From assembly GCA_963702005.1 (NCBI GenBank), contig OY969696.1, positions 3,200,001 through 3,264,000 on the forward strand: a stretch of DNA of 64,000 nt, in the 5' to 3' direction. A program made the position numbers and the translations under genes. The notes under the pieces are model-generated. The model did no database searches and was not told where the DNA came from. It saw only the letters and a list, made by a program, of their open reading frames with translations. This document shows positions 10,996-20,144 of this stretch, in pieces. Positions within the stretch are counted from its first letter, which is position 1. Every line of letters starts with the position of its first letter. Source of the stretch: Candidatus Aminicenantes bacterium. GTDB lineage: Bacteria; Acidobacteriota; Aminicenantia; Aminicenantales; JAFGBC01.

Positions 10996-12543
10996 CTACC
11001 AGGCCTGACCGAGGCCGGAGAGGAGAGCGGCGAATACAGCAATACCGTCCCAAAGGTTCTTAAGGCGGATGTTTTCGTTCGGGCCGTGCTGGTTGTTGTC
11101 GTAGTTGGCGATCGGAAGCCCCAACACGGGGATGCCCAGCACGTCGGCAAACATCTTCATCGGCACGCTGCCGCCGAGCGCCGGCAATCGGAGCGGCGGT
11201 TCGCTCAGGGCGCTTCCCAGAGTCCGGGCCACCGCAAGGCCGAAAGGATCGTCGAGCGCCAGCCTGTAGGGGGGATAACCGTCCTCCCACTCTAGCTTGA
11301 TGAGCTTAGGGAGCTTGATGCGCTCATCCGGATTCGGATCTTTTCGAATGATGTGAAAGCCTCGGGCGGCGATGTGCGCTTCGACCAGCTTTTTCACGGT
11401 ATCGGGGTCCTGGTCGGGCACGAGCCGGAAGTCGATCGAAGCCCGCGCCTGGGCGGGAACGGCGTTGGCAGCCTTGGCGCCGACGGCGCCGGCCTCCAGC
11501 CCTCGAAAGTTAAGGGCCGGCATCAGGATGCGGCTCGCCAGGCGGGCATTGCCGGCTTCGCTCCAAGCCAGCCCGTACTCGCGCCGGAGCCTGGCATCGA
11601 TGTCGGGCAACTCCGCGATGGCCTTTTGATCGGCCTCGGAAATGGGGCGGACCCTGTCATAGAATCCTTCGATAAGGATGGCGCCTTCTTCGTTGCGCAT
11701 GCCGGCCAGCAAGCTCGCCAATAACGAGATCGGGTTGGGAGCCCAGTTTCCGTAGTGGCCGCTGTGGAGGGGATGGTTCGGCCCATAGACGGTCATTTCC
11801 AAGCCCATGCTGCCCCGGGCCCCGAAAGTGACCTGCATCCGGCCGGTCTGGTCCACGGGTCCGTCGCAGATAAACATGGCATCGGCGCGCAAGAGCTCTC
11901 GGTATTTTCGAAGTAGCCCTTGGAGATGCGGGGAGCCGGCTTCTTCCTCGCCCTCGAACAATAATTTCACGTTGATCGAAGGCAAGGATGATTCGGACTT
12001 GAGGAAATCGACGGCCGCGGCCAGGGCCATAATGGGGGCCTTATCGTCGCTCGTCGAGCGCCCATAGAGACGATAATCACGGCCCCTATCTAAGGTGACG
12101 GCCGACGGGTCGATGATCTTTCCCCCATCCTCGAGCCGCCCGTCTCTCAGCGCGGGTTTCCAGGGATCGTCTTTCCATTGGGCGGGATCGACCGGCTGGC
12201 CGTCGTAGTGCGCGTAAAAAATAACGGTCCTCTTCGCCCCGGGCTGCGCTATTTCTCCATAAACAAGCGGCGGGCCCCCCTCCCCTTCCAGGAGCCGCGC
12301 CTCGACTCCTCTCCGCCGGAGCATCACCACGATGGCCTCCGCGTTGCGCCGAATGTTCGGTCGGTCGGAAGCGATGTTGGGGATCGATAGAAGCTCGGAA
12401 TACTCCTTGAGAATGGACGCGCAGTTTTTATCGATGAAGGCTTTGACCATCAGGCCTTGATCGGGGAAAGCCGGCGGCGCCGCGAGAGCCAGAGCCAATA
12501 ACGAGCACAAAGCCAAAGCGCGAAACAGAGCCGGACGTTTCAT
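10996..12543 (-). CDS. Secreted M20/M25/M40 metallopeptidase
   Basis: FYAHYDGQP, GRSTSDDK, EGEEEAGS and QHGPNEN motifs; signal peptide. Confidence 0.92.
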   Translation of the reverse strand: MKRPALFRALALCSLLALALAAPPAFPDQGLMVKAFIDKNCASILKEYSELLSIPNIASDRPNIRRNAEAIVVMLRRRGVEARLLEGEGGPPLVYGEIAQPGAKRTVIFYAHYDGQPVDPAQWKDDPWKPALRDGRLEDGGKIIDPSAVTLDRGRDYRLYGRSTSDDKAPIMALAAAVDFLKSESSLPSINVKLLFEGEEEAGSPHLQGLLRKYRELLRADAMFICDGPVDQTGRMQVTFGARGSMGLEMTVYGPNHPLHSGHYGNWAPNPISLLASLLAGMRNEEGAILIEGFYDRVRPISEADQKAIAELPDIDARLRREYGLAWSEAGNARLASRILMPALNFRGLEAGAVGAKAANAVPAQARASIDFRLVPDQDPDTVKKLVEAHIAARGFHIIRKDPNPDERIKLPKLIKLEWEDGYPPYRLALDDPFGLAVARTLGSALSEPPLRLPALGGSVPMKMFADVLGIPVLGLPIANYDNNQHGPNENIRLKNLWDGIAVFAALLSGLGQAW

Positions 12544-12564
12544 CCCGCGACTCCTCTCTTAAAA

Positions 12565-12634
12565 TGGGGTCAAACCTACACTTTGGTAAAAAGTACAAAT
12601 TTGCACTTAGTGACAAAGTGTAGGTTTGACCCCA
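12565..12634. repeat. 70-bp palindromic intergenic element (REP/MITE-like)
   Basis: Perfect 21-bp inverted repeat TGGGGTCAAACCTACACTTTG (12565-12585 / 12614-12634) around an imperfect palindrome AAGTACAAATTTGCACTT. Confidence 0.85.
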
Positions 12635-12641
12635 AGACTCC

Positions 12642-13424
12642 TCAGTCTTCGTAGATGTATTCTTTGTAATGGAAGAAGAGGGCGGCCAGGGTCAGGAATC
12701 CGGCCGTGATTAGGATCAGGGTCAGGATCGAGACCGGCCAGGCGGTCGGCTCGAGGCGGAAGGTCAGGAAGGAAAAACGGCCCCGCGAAGTTATAATCCT
12801 GGGCAGGAGCGACTTAAGATAGTGGGCGATGGCGAAACGCTGGGTCGAGCCCGGAAAATATTGAATGACGTTCTCCCAGCCAAACGAGAACAGCAGCCCG
12901 ACCATGATCGACTTTTTAAGGAATGTCCCCAGGAAGGTGAAGAAGCCGCCGTAGGCCAAAATCCCCAAGGTCAGGACGCCGAGGTAGCGGAGGAGGACCA
13001 GCCAGGTCTGGGCCTCGCCCAGCCTTTCGAAATTCAGGATCAGAAAACAGGCGATGAGGCCGGTCCAGACCATAGCCGTCACGATGAGGGTATAGGCCGC
13101 GTATTTCCCGATCAGGATGGCCGACTTGGGGACGGGACGGGTCACCAGATAGGTCAGGGTCCGCCCTTCGACCTCCTCGGACGTCACCGACGTCCCGAAG
13201 AAAAGCGTCAGGATCAGGACCAGGAACTGAAGGAAGAAGGTCATGATGACGTTGGTGAACAGATGCATCCCGTTGAAGCTGCCGTCCCCGCCCACGGCCT
13301 GGTTGAAGCGAAAGACGGTGGCGATGACGACCGGGATGAGCGAGATCAGGAGGAAGGCCTGGGTCCGCCGCGTTTTGCGGCCGTAGAAGGCGAAAAAACC
13401 GAACACCTCCCGGATCGTTTTCAT
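12642..13424 (-). CDS. ABC-2-type transporter permease
   Basis: Multiple TM helices; SEEVEGRTLTYLVTRPV...ILIGK motif. Confidence 0.88.
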   Translation of the reverse strand: MKTIREVFGFFAFYGRKTRRTQAFLLISLIPVVIATVFRFNQAVGGDGSFNGMHLFTNVIMTFFLQFLVLILTLFFGTSVTSEEVEGRTLTYLVTRPVPKSAILIGKYAAYTLIVTAMVWTGLIACFLILNFERLGEAQTWLVLLRYLGVLTLGILAYGGFFTFLGTFLKKSIMVGLLFSFGWENVIQYFPGSTQRFAIAHYLKSLLPRIITSRGRFSFLTFRLEPTAWPVSILTLILITAGFLTLAALFFHYKEYIYED

Positions 13425-13425
13425 C

Positions 13426-14352
13426 TCACGTCCCCACCAGATAATCGAAGACGGCCTGGAGGTTGTCGTCGGGCGAGGTGATCTCCTCGACGCCCGCCGC
13501 CGGCTCGGCCGCGTAACGGGTCAGCCGCTCGAAGAAGCGCTCCCGGTTCGTCGTCTCGAACAGGACCATATCCCGGTTGTTCTCGAAATGGACCTTGAGG
13601 ACGTAATCCTCCCCGACGAAATGGGCGGCCAGCGCCCGCGGCGCCGCCGACCGGACGGCGATGATGTGGGGGTGGGCGTCGATGAGGTCCCGGATGTAAT
13701 GGATATCCCCCACCGCCAGGATCTTGCCCTGGTGAATGAGGACGATGTTGGCCGTCAGGGCTTCGATCTCGGGCAGGACGTGGCTCGAGACCAGGACGGT
13801 CCGGCCTTCGCGGCCGAAGTCCTTGATGAGCCGGATGAGCTTCCGCTTACCGAGCGGATCGAGGCCGTTCAGGGGCTCGTCGAGGATGACGACCTCGGGG
13901 TCGTGGGCGATGGCCTGGGCGAACTTGAGCCGCTGGCGCATGCCGCGGCTGTAGCTCCGCACGACCCGGTCCTTATCCGAGAGCAGCTCGACGATCCCCA
14001 GAGCTCGCTCCGTCCGCGCGGCGATCTCGGAAGGATTATAGCCCTGGAGGCGGAGGAGGTTGGTCAGGAACTCCCTGCCGCTGAGCTCTTCGTAGAAGGC
14101 GTCCTGCTCGGGGCAGAGGCCGATCCGTCCGAAGGCCCGGCTGTTGTTGCGGACCGGCTCTCCGAACACGGACACGGACCCGATCGACGGCTTGAGCTGG
14201 CCGGTCAGGAGCTTGAAGAAGGTCGACTTTCCGGCGCCGTTCGGCCCGAGCAGGCCGGTGATGCCGGGACCGATCGAGATCGTGACGTCGCTCAAGCCGA
14301 GGACGTTCCCATACCACTTGGAGAGCTTGGAGGTCTCGACCACGGCGCTCAT
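13426..14352 (-). CDS. ABC transporter ATP-binding protein
   Basis: GPNGAGKST, YSRGMRQR, ILDEP and SSH motifs; real start MSAVVETSK at 14352. Confidence 0.93.
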   Translation of the reverse strand: MSAVVETSKLSKWYGNVLGLSDVTISIGPGITGLLGPNGAGKSTFFKLLTGQLKPSIGSVSVFGEPVRNNSRAFGRIGLCPEQDAFYEELSGREFLTNLLRLQGYNPSEIAARTERALGIVELLSDKDRVVRSYSRGMRQRLKFAQAIAHDPEVVILDEPLNGLDPLGKRKLIRLIKDFGREGRTVLVSSHVLPEIEALTANIVLIHQGKILAVGDIHYIRDLIDAHPHIIAVRSAAPRALAAHFVGEDYVLKVHFENNRDMVLFETTNRERFFERLTRYAAEPAAGVEEITSPDDNLQAVFDYLVGT

Positions 14353-15218
14353 TTGATGACCTCGACGCCCTTGACGCGCTGGCGGAGGACGAGGGCCGAC
14401 ACCGCGCAGATGGCCAGCAGGATCAAGAGGGAATAGAGCCAGGGGACGGCGTAGGGGGCTTTGACGTTGAAGAAGGCGGCTCCGACCTGCTGGAGGTTGG
14501 CTTTGATCGAGAGGAGGGCGAAATAGGGGCTCCGGAACGATTCGTAAAAAATTCCGAACAGGACGTCGGAGAAAATGTAAATCGTGAAGAGCAGAATGGC
14601 CGTGTAGCGGCGGTTCTTGCTGACCGAGGAGATCATGAGCGTGTAGAAGGAGAAAAAGGCCGTGACTAGCGCGCTGTAGCCGATGACGGACAGGGGAATC
14701 CAGGGATAGGAGGCCAAAAACCGGAAGCTCCCCGCAAAGATAAGCTTGCAAAGGACGAAGACGAGGCCGGGGACGACGGTGACCAGCGACAGGAAGAAGA
14801 CGAGGATGGCCGCCTTGCCCAGGAAGTAATCCTTCTTGGTCAGGGGACGGGCGAAGTAGAGCTGAAGGGCGTTGTGGCGGAGCTCGTCGGCGATGAGTCC
14901 CGACCCGGCCAGGACCATGAGCATGAGCATCATGAACAGCAGGAAATCGCCGGCGAAATAAGCCCGGAAGAAACCGGGATTGACCTCGAGGAAGGTCGGG
15001 GTCCCCTTGATCATGACCTTGAAGTCCTGGATCTTCTCGGAGGCATAGATGCCGACGAGAAAAGCGAAGGCCGGGGCCAGGGAGACGAAGAAGGAGAACT
15101 TAAAGAATTTCCGCTTGAAGGCGAGCCGGATCCCCTGCCGGGTGATCGGCGACCAGGGGCGGCGCCGCTCGAGGAGCTCGCCGTCCCAGTGGCTGTAGCC
15201 TCGTTCCGCGATCCCCAT
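14349..15218 (-). CDS. ABC-2-type transporter permease
   Basis: IADELRHNALQLYFARPL...YFLGK; start MGIAERGY at 15218 is coupled to the upstream stop. Confidence 0.88.
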   Translation of the reverse strand: MGIAERGYSHWDGELLERRRPWSPITRQGIRLAFKRKFFKFSFFVSLAPAFAFLVGIYASEKIQDFKVMIKGTPTFLEVNPGFFRAYFAGDFLLFMMLMLMVLAGSGLIADELRHNALQLYFARPLTKKDYFLGKAAILVFFLSLVTVVPGLVFVLCKLIFAGSFRFLASYPWIPLSVIGYSALVTAFFSFYTLMISSVSKNRRYTAILLFTIYIFSDVLFGIFYESFRSPYFALLSIKANLQQVGAAFFNVKAPYAVPWLYSLLILLAICAVSALVLRQRVKGVEVIK

Positions 15219-16129
15219 CAGTCGACTCCGACGGCTTTGGCGAAGACGTCCTCGAGGGACGTCTGGCTCTTCAGGAATTGGCGGACCTGGAGGCGCTCCT
15301 CGGCCGCGGCCTGGAAGATGACCCTCCGGTCGAGGCCGGGCGGCATGTAGACCTTGAGGATCATGTCCTCGGTCTCCTCGACCTTGCAACCGAACCCTCG
15401 GATACGGTCCAAGAAGCGGGCCGGTTCGCCCTTGACCTTGAGCTCGAACAGCCGGAAGCTCGTTTCGCGGAGGTTGGCCAGCTCGCCCTGGGCCGCGACC
15501 CGGCCCTTGTTGAGGATGACGACGAAGGCGCAGATGGCCTCGATGTCGGACAGGATGTGGGACGAGATCAGGACCTGAATGTCTTTCTTGGAGGAAATGT
15601 CCAGGATGAGCTCCAGAATCTCCTTCCGGCCCTGGGGGTCGAGGTTGCTGGTCGGCTCGTCGAGGAAAAGAAGCTTCGGATCGTGGACGATGGCTTGGGC
15701 AAGCTTGAGGCGCTGCTTCATGCCGGACGAGTAGGTCTCAAGCTGGCGGTAGCGGGACTCCCCCAGCCCGACGTAGAAGAGGACGTCGTGGGCCCTCTTC
15801 ATGGCCTCCTGGCGGGGCATGCCCGAGAGCTCCCCGAAATAGGCCGTGAAGGTGACGGCGTCCATGCCCGGGATGAAGCAGTCGTTTTCGGGCATGTAGC
15901 CGACCCGGCGCCGGATGAGGGGCTGTTGGGTCCGGATGTCGTAATTGAGAACCCGGCCCTCGCCCCGGTCGGGCCGGAGGAAGCCGAGCATGATCCGGAG
16001 GAGCGTGCTCTTGCCGGCGCCGTTCGGACCGAGCAGGCCGACGGCCCCTTCTTCGAGACGGACGTCGACGCCGTCAAGGGCCCGGACCTTGCCGTAGCTG
16101 AATCGAATATCTTTGAGCTCGATGCTCAT
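15218..16129 (-). CDS. ABC transporter ATP-binding protein
   Basis: GPNGAGKST, YSSGMKQR and FLDEP motifs. Confidence 0.93.
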   Translation of the reverse strand: MSIELKDIRFSYGKVRALDGVDVRLEEGAVGLLGPNGAGKSTLLRIMLGFLRPDRGEGRVLNYDIRTQQPLIRRRVGYMPENDCFIPGMDAVTFTAYFGELSGMPRQEAMKRAHDVLFYVGLGESRYRQLETYSSGMKQRLKLAQAIVHDPKLLFLDEPTSNLDPQGRKEILELILDISSKKDIQVLISSHILSDIEAICAFVVILNKGRVAAQGELANLRETSFRLFELKVKGEPARFLDRIRGFGCKVEETEDMILKVYMPPGLDRRVIFQAAAEERLQVRQFLKSQTSLEDVFAKAVGVD

Positions 16130-16174
16130 GCTATAACCGTCTCTAATAAACTACGGGAATCGGGCCGGTAAAGT

Positions 16175-17779
16175 TCAAGGAAGGACCTTGGTCCCCGCTC
16201 CCTGGACGAGGGCCCGGAAGGTCTTCTCGACCCGGTCCCAGTTCTCCTCCCGATCCAGGGCCCAGAACCGGCCGATGACGGTCACCAGGTCGCCCAGGCC
16301 GATCCGGCGGCATTCCTCCTCGACCTTCTCGACATAGAAAGCGCCGCTCTCGGGCTTTTCGCCGCGGCGGCCGATCAGGGCATGGATGTAAATGCGCTTC
16401 ATCCCCTGTTCGCGGGCCATCCGGAGCAGCGCGAACAAGTGGCGGAGCGTGCCGTGCGAGCTGTAGAACGAAACGATCCCCAGCAGGTGGAGGGCCGCGT
16501 CGCGCCGGCGGGCGCCTTCCATGGCCCACAGGAACGCTTCGTTCTTGAAGAAAGATCCGTCCTCGATGGACTTGTCGATCTTGACCCGGTCGAGGAGGAT
16601 GCGGCGGCCGGCGCCGATATGGAGGTGGCCCGCCTCGGAATTCCCGACCGTGCCGGCCGGCATCCCGACGGCTTCCCCGAACGATTCGAGCAGGGCGTGG
16701 GGGAAACGGGACCAGAGCCGGTCGAAGTTCGGCGTCCGGGCTTCGGCTATCAGGTTCCCCCGCCGATCTTCGCGCATCCCCCAGCCGTCCATGATCAGGA
16801 GGAGGACGCGTTTGGGGGAGGCGCCCGAAGGACTGGCCGCATCCGGAAGGATCATGGTGCGCCCTGTCATCTCGGCCGCGGGGTCAATTCCGACGAGACC
16901 GAGGACGGTCGGGGCGATGTCGGCGAGCTCGCCCCGCTCCCGCGTCATGATCCGTTCGGGCTCGGGGACGGCGAAATCGCAGAGGATGAAAGGGACGGGA
17001 TTCTTGGTGTGGCCCGTGTTGACGGCGCCGTCCGGGTAGAGCCATTCCTCGACCGTGCCGTGGTCCGAGGTGACGATGAGAGTCAGGCCGGCGGCGCGGG
17101 CCGCGGCCTCGATCTCGCCCAGCGCCGAATCCACAGCCTCGACGGCCCTGAGGACGGCGGCTTTGTCCTCGATGTGGCCGATGACATCGACATTGGCCAT
17201 GTTGGCGATGATGACCCGATAGGCCTGGTCATGGATCTTGGCCAGGACGGCCTCGACGACGTCCCGAACGCTCATTTCAGGCTTCTCGGCATAATTGGAG
17301 ACGCCCTGCGGCGACGGGACGACGACCCTCTCCTCGCCGGCGAAAACTTCGTCGCTCTTGCCGTTCAGGAAGTGGCCGACGTGGATGGCCTTCTCCGACT
17401 CCGAAACTTTGACCAGGCGGAGGCCGGCGCCCGTTACGACCTCGGTCAGGGTGTTCTTGACCCTCCCTTCGGGCGGATAGGCGACTTTAACGGCCAGGCG
17501 CGGCGCGTACTCGATCATGGTCGCGAAATCGAGCTCAGGCCTGGGATGGACGGGAAAATGGCCGAACGCCGGGTCGGTCAGGGCTTCGGTCAGCTCGACC
17601 TCGCGCTCCCCGCGGATATCGTAGAAGATGACCGCATCGCCGGCGCGGAAACGGCCGATCGGCCGGCCCGTTTCGTCGCACTTAACGATGGGTTCGAGGG
17701 CTTCGTCCTCCTGGCCGGCCGCATAGGCGGCTCGGATGGCCGGGGCGAGGGAACGATACTTGATTCCGCTATTGTCCAT
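16175..17779 (-). CDS. gpmI: 2,3-bisphosphoglycerate-independent phosphoglycerate mutase, circularly permuted
   Basis: All iPGM motifs are present (IMDGWG, GNSEAGH, GRFWALDR, ESEK, NVDVIGH, TSDHG, GHT), but the normal N-terminal ~200 residues lie at the C-terminus. Confidence 0.9.
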   Translation of the reverse strand: MDNSGIKYRSLAPAIRAAYAAGQEDEALEPIVKCDETGRPIGRFRAGDAVIFYDIRGEREVELTEALTDPAFGHFPVHPRPELDFATMIEYAPRLAVKVAYPPEGRVKNTLTEVVTGAGLRLVKVSESEKAIHVGHFLNGKSDEVFAGEERVVVPSPQGVSNYAEKPEMSVRDVVEAVLAKIHDQAYRVIIANMANVDVIGHIEDKAAVLRAVEAVDSALGEIEAAARAAGLTLIVTSDHGTVEEWLYPDGAVNTGHTKNPVPFILCDFAVPEPERIMTRERGELADIAPTVLGLVGIDPAAEMTGRTMILPDAASPSGASPKRVLLLIMDGWGMREDRRGNLIAEARTPNFDRLWSRFPHALLESFGEAVGMPAGTVGNSEAGHLHIGAGRRILLDRVKIDKSIEDGSFFKNEAFLWAMEGARRRDAALHLLGIVSFYSSHGTLRHLFALLRMAREQGMKRIYIHALIGRRGEKPESGAFYVEKVEEECRRIGLGDLVTVIGRFWALDREENWDRVEKTFRALVQGAGTKVLP

Positions 17780-17813
17780 GGGAACCTTCAAGCCTGGCGA
17801 AAATCGGTCTATT

Positions 17814-17842
17814 AATATATGAGCCCGGCCGTCTGAAGTCAA
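17814..17842 (-). promoter_or_regulatory. Putative sigma70 promoter of gpmI; its -35 coincides with the repeat-element end
   Basis: Minus strand TTGACT-17 bp-TATATT. Confidence 0.6.
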
Positions 17843-18038
17843 ATCATCGACACCCATACTAAGCCGTTTCCGGCTTAGTATGAGTGCTGCAAGGCTGCTC
17901 CCCGGCCGAAGCTCCACGGACTAATGCTCATTGGAGCGCCAGTACTCATGAACCGTTTCCGGTTCATGAGTACTGCAAGGCTGGGCTCCGATTTTTAGCC
18001 CCGCTTTCAGAGCGGGGTAGCGTCGGCGAACGGGTCAA
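17838..18038. mobile_element. GTCAA-bounded hairpin mini-element, copy 1 (composite, 201 bp)
   Basis: Begins GTCAAATCATCGAC and ends GCGTCGGCGAACGGGTCAA; 16-bp stems at 17851-17886 and 17940-17975 with TTTC loops; CCCCGCT/AGCGGGG hairpin. Confidence 0.75.
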
Positions 18039-18100
18039 CTCGGAGTGACCGCCTCCCCCCGTTCTGTTATAATTTATTCATTATTACCAAAGGAGGCGCC

Positions 18101-18997
18101 ATGAAACCAAAAATCGCGGTCGCGGTCCTGAGCGGAATCATCTTGGTCACTGCGGGGGCCATCGGAATCCTCCAAGGAGGATCGCCCTCCCTCCAACAAG
18201 AGAAGGTCCCCCTCGTCAAATTCGCCGGGGTCCGGTCCTCGGCTTATGGCATCAAGCCCTTTCCCGAGCCCCAGGAATGGATCAAGGCCATCTCGACCAT
18301 GGGCGGCTATTTCCCGGGATCGACGCCGTGCGCCGTCTGGATCGTCGGCCATCTCAGCCAGCGCCGGAACTGCAAGCTCGATTTCCCCTCGGAGGGAAAG
18401 AGCTATCCCAACGTCGAATTCCTCGACTTCGAGAAGCATGAGCGCTTCCTGAGCGAGTTCGACAAGGCCGGCATCAAGATCTTCCTCCAGGTCGAGCCCG
18501 CCAACGCCGACATGAAAACGCTCATCGACCTCGTCCTGGGCCGCTACAAGAGCCATTCCTGCGTCATCGGCTTCGGGGTCGATGTCGAATGGAACAAGGA
18601 GGCCGATTTCCCGGAAAGAGGCGAGAAGGTCAGCGACGACGTGGCCCGGCAATGGGAAGCCTGGGTCAAGTCTCACAATCCCAGCTACCGGCTTTTCATC
18701 AAGCATTGGGATCAGCTCTGGATGCCGCCGACCTACCGGGGCGACCTCGTCTTCGTGGACGACAGCCAGATCTTCAAGGGCTTCGACGAGATGGCCGCGG
18801 AGTTCGAGGCCTGGGGGAAGTCCTTCGCGTCGAATACGGTCATGTTCCAGATCGGCTACAACTCGGACAAGCCCTGGTGGCAGAAGATTCCCGACGCGCC
18901 CAAGACGATGGGAGAGGCGATCGCGCGCCGGATCTCCCAGGAGTGCGGGATCATCTGGGTCGATTTCAGCCTGCGCGACGTCCTCCCTCTGAAGTAG
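18101..18997 (+). CDS. Exported hypothetical protein, possible TIM-barrel glycoside hydrolase-like
   Basis: AAGGAGG RBS; N-terminal hydrophobic segment; GFGVDVEW motif. Confidence 0.6.
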   Translation: MKPKIAVAVLSGIILVTAGAIGILQGGSPSLQQEKVPLVKFAGVRSSAYGIKPFPEPQEWIKAISTMGGYFPGSTPCAVWIVGHLSQRRNCKLDFPSEGKSYPNVEFLDFEKHERFLSEFDKAGIKIFLQVEPANADMKTLIDLVLGRYKSHSCVIGFGVDVEWNKEADFPERGEKVSDDVARQWEAWVKSHNPSYRLFIKHWDQLWMPPTYRGDLVFVDDSQIFKGFDEMAAEFEAWGKSFASNTVMFQIGYNSDKPWWQKIPDAPKTMGEAIARRISQECGIIWVDFSLRDVLPLK

Positions 18998-19031
18998 GAA
19001 CGGGACGATGCCGTTTCGTCAGGATGTTCGA

Positions 19032-20144
19032 ATGAGGGCCGTTCGCGCCCTCTTCCTCTTTCTGCTCGTCGGCGCAATCATCGGCGGTACGGCGGCCGAA
19101 GCGCGCCCGACCGGGAGCCCGGACCTTATGATCGGGGTCAAGATCTATGAACGCGCGGGGGACTTCCCCGAGCTCTTCCGGGACTGGCGTTCGCTCGGGA
19201 TCAACACGGCCTTCGTCAGCGCGGCCCTGGCCTCGAACCCCGAATTCAGGGGACTGGCCAGGACGAACGGGATCGCCTTGTTCATCATCCTGCCCACCTT
19301 CCAGAACCCCGAGGCTTTGAAAGAAAGACCCGACCAGGCGGCGATCACCTCCGAAGGGAAACCCGCCCGCGAGGAATGGGTCGAGTTCGTCTGCCCGTCG
19401 CGAGAGGATTATCGGACGCGCCACGTTGAATACGTCAAAGGCCTGGTCCGCGATTGCGACCCGGAAGGCATCAGCCTCGACTTCATCCGCTATTTCGTCT
19501 TCTGGGAGAAGGTCTATCCGGACCGAAGCCCCGGCTCTCTGCCCCAAACCTGCTTCTGCCCCGTCTGCCTCGAGCGGTTTCAGAAAGAAACGGGCATCCG
19601 GATTCCCGGGGATCTTGCCGGAACGGTCCGCCAAGCAGAATGGATTTTAAGCCGCCATCTCCGGGAATGGACGGAATGGAAGTGCGGGATCGTTGCCTCG
19701 CTGGTGGAGACCTTGGCCGGCGAAGCGAGGCGGATCAAGCCGGGGATCAAAATCAACCTCCATGCGGTTCCCTGGAGGCGGCGGGATTTTGACGGCGCCC
19801 TCCGGACTATCGCGGCCCAGGACCTGGCCCGGATCGGCCGATCGGTCGACTATATCTCGCCCATGTGCTACCACCACATGGTCCTCCGGACGCCGGACTG
19901 GGTCCATTCGGTCGTCGAGGATTTCGCGGGCGAGGTCCGAGTGCCGGTCATCCCCAGCATCCAAGTCGGCGAAGCTTATATCGATAAGCCTTTGCTTCCG
20001 GAGGAATTCGAGGCGGCTCTCGCCGAAGCCCTGAAACCGCCCTCGCGCGGGGTCGTCTTCTGGAACTGGGATGCCCTGGCCCGGTCTCCCGAAAAAAGGG
20101 AGATCGTCAGACGATTCGGAACTCCCGCGAAGTCGCCTCGATAG
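19032..20144 (+). CDS. Secreted glycoside hydrolase-like protein (GHL10/DUF187-like TIM barrel)
   Basis: Signal peptide; FVCPS, GISLDFIRY, CFCPVC, AQD and DYISPMCYH motifs. Confidence 0.7.
   Translation: MRAVRALFLFLLVGAIIGGTAAEARPTGSPDLMIGVKIYERAGDFPELFRDWRSLGINTAFVSAALASNPEFRGLARTNGIALFIILPTFQNPEALKERPDQAAITSEGKPAREEWVEFVCPSREDYRTRHVEYVKGLVRDCDPEGISLDFIRYFVFWEKVYPDRSPGSLPQTCFCPVCLERFQKETGIRIPGDLAGTVRQAEWILSRHLREWTEWKCGIVASLVETLAGEARRIKPGIKINLHAVPWRRRDFDGALRTIAAQDLARIGRSVDYISPMCYHHMVLRTPDWVHSVVEDFAGEVRVPVIPSIQVGEAYIDKPLLPEEFEAALAEALKPPSRGVVFWNWDALARSPEKREIVRRFGTPAKSPR

Noticed and set aside
17780-17917. 46-aa N-terminal extension of the GpmI ORF, and ORF 27678-28049 sharing LILSRKRLSMGV
   Set aside because: The shared peptide is just a translation of the repeat element; the promoter position supports ATG 17779
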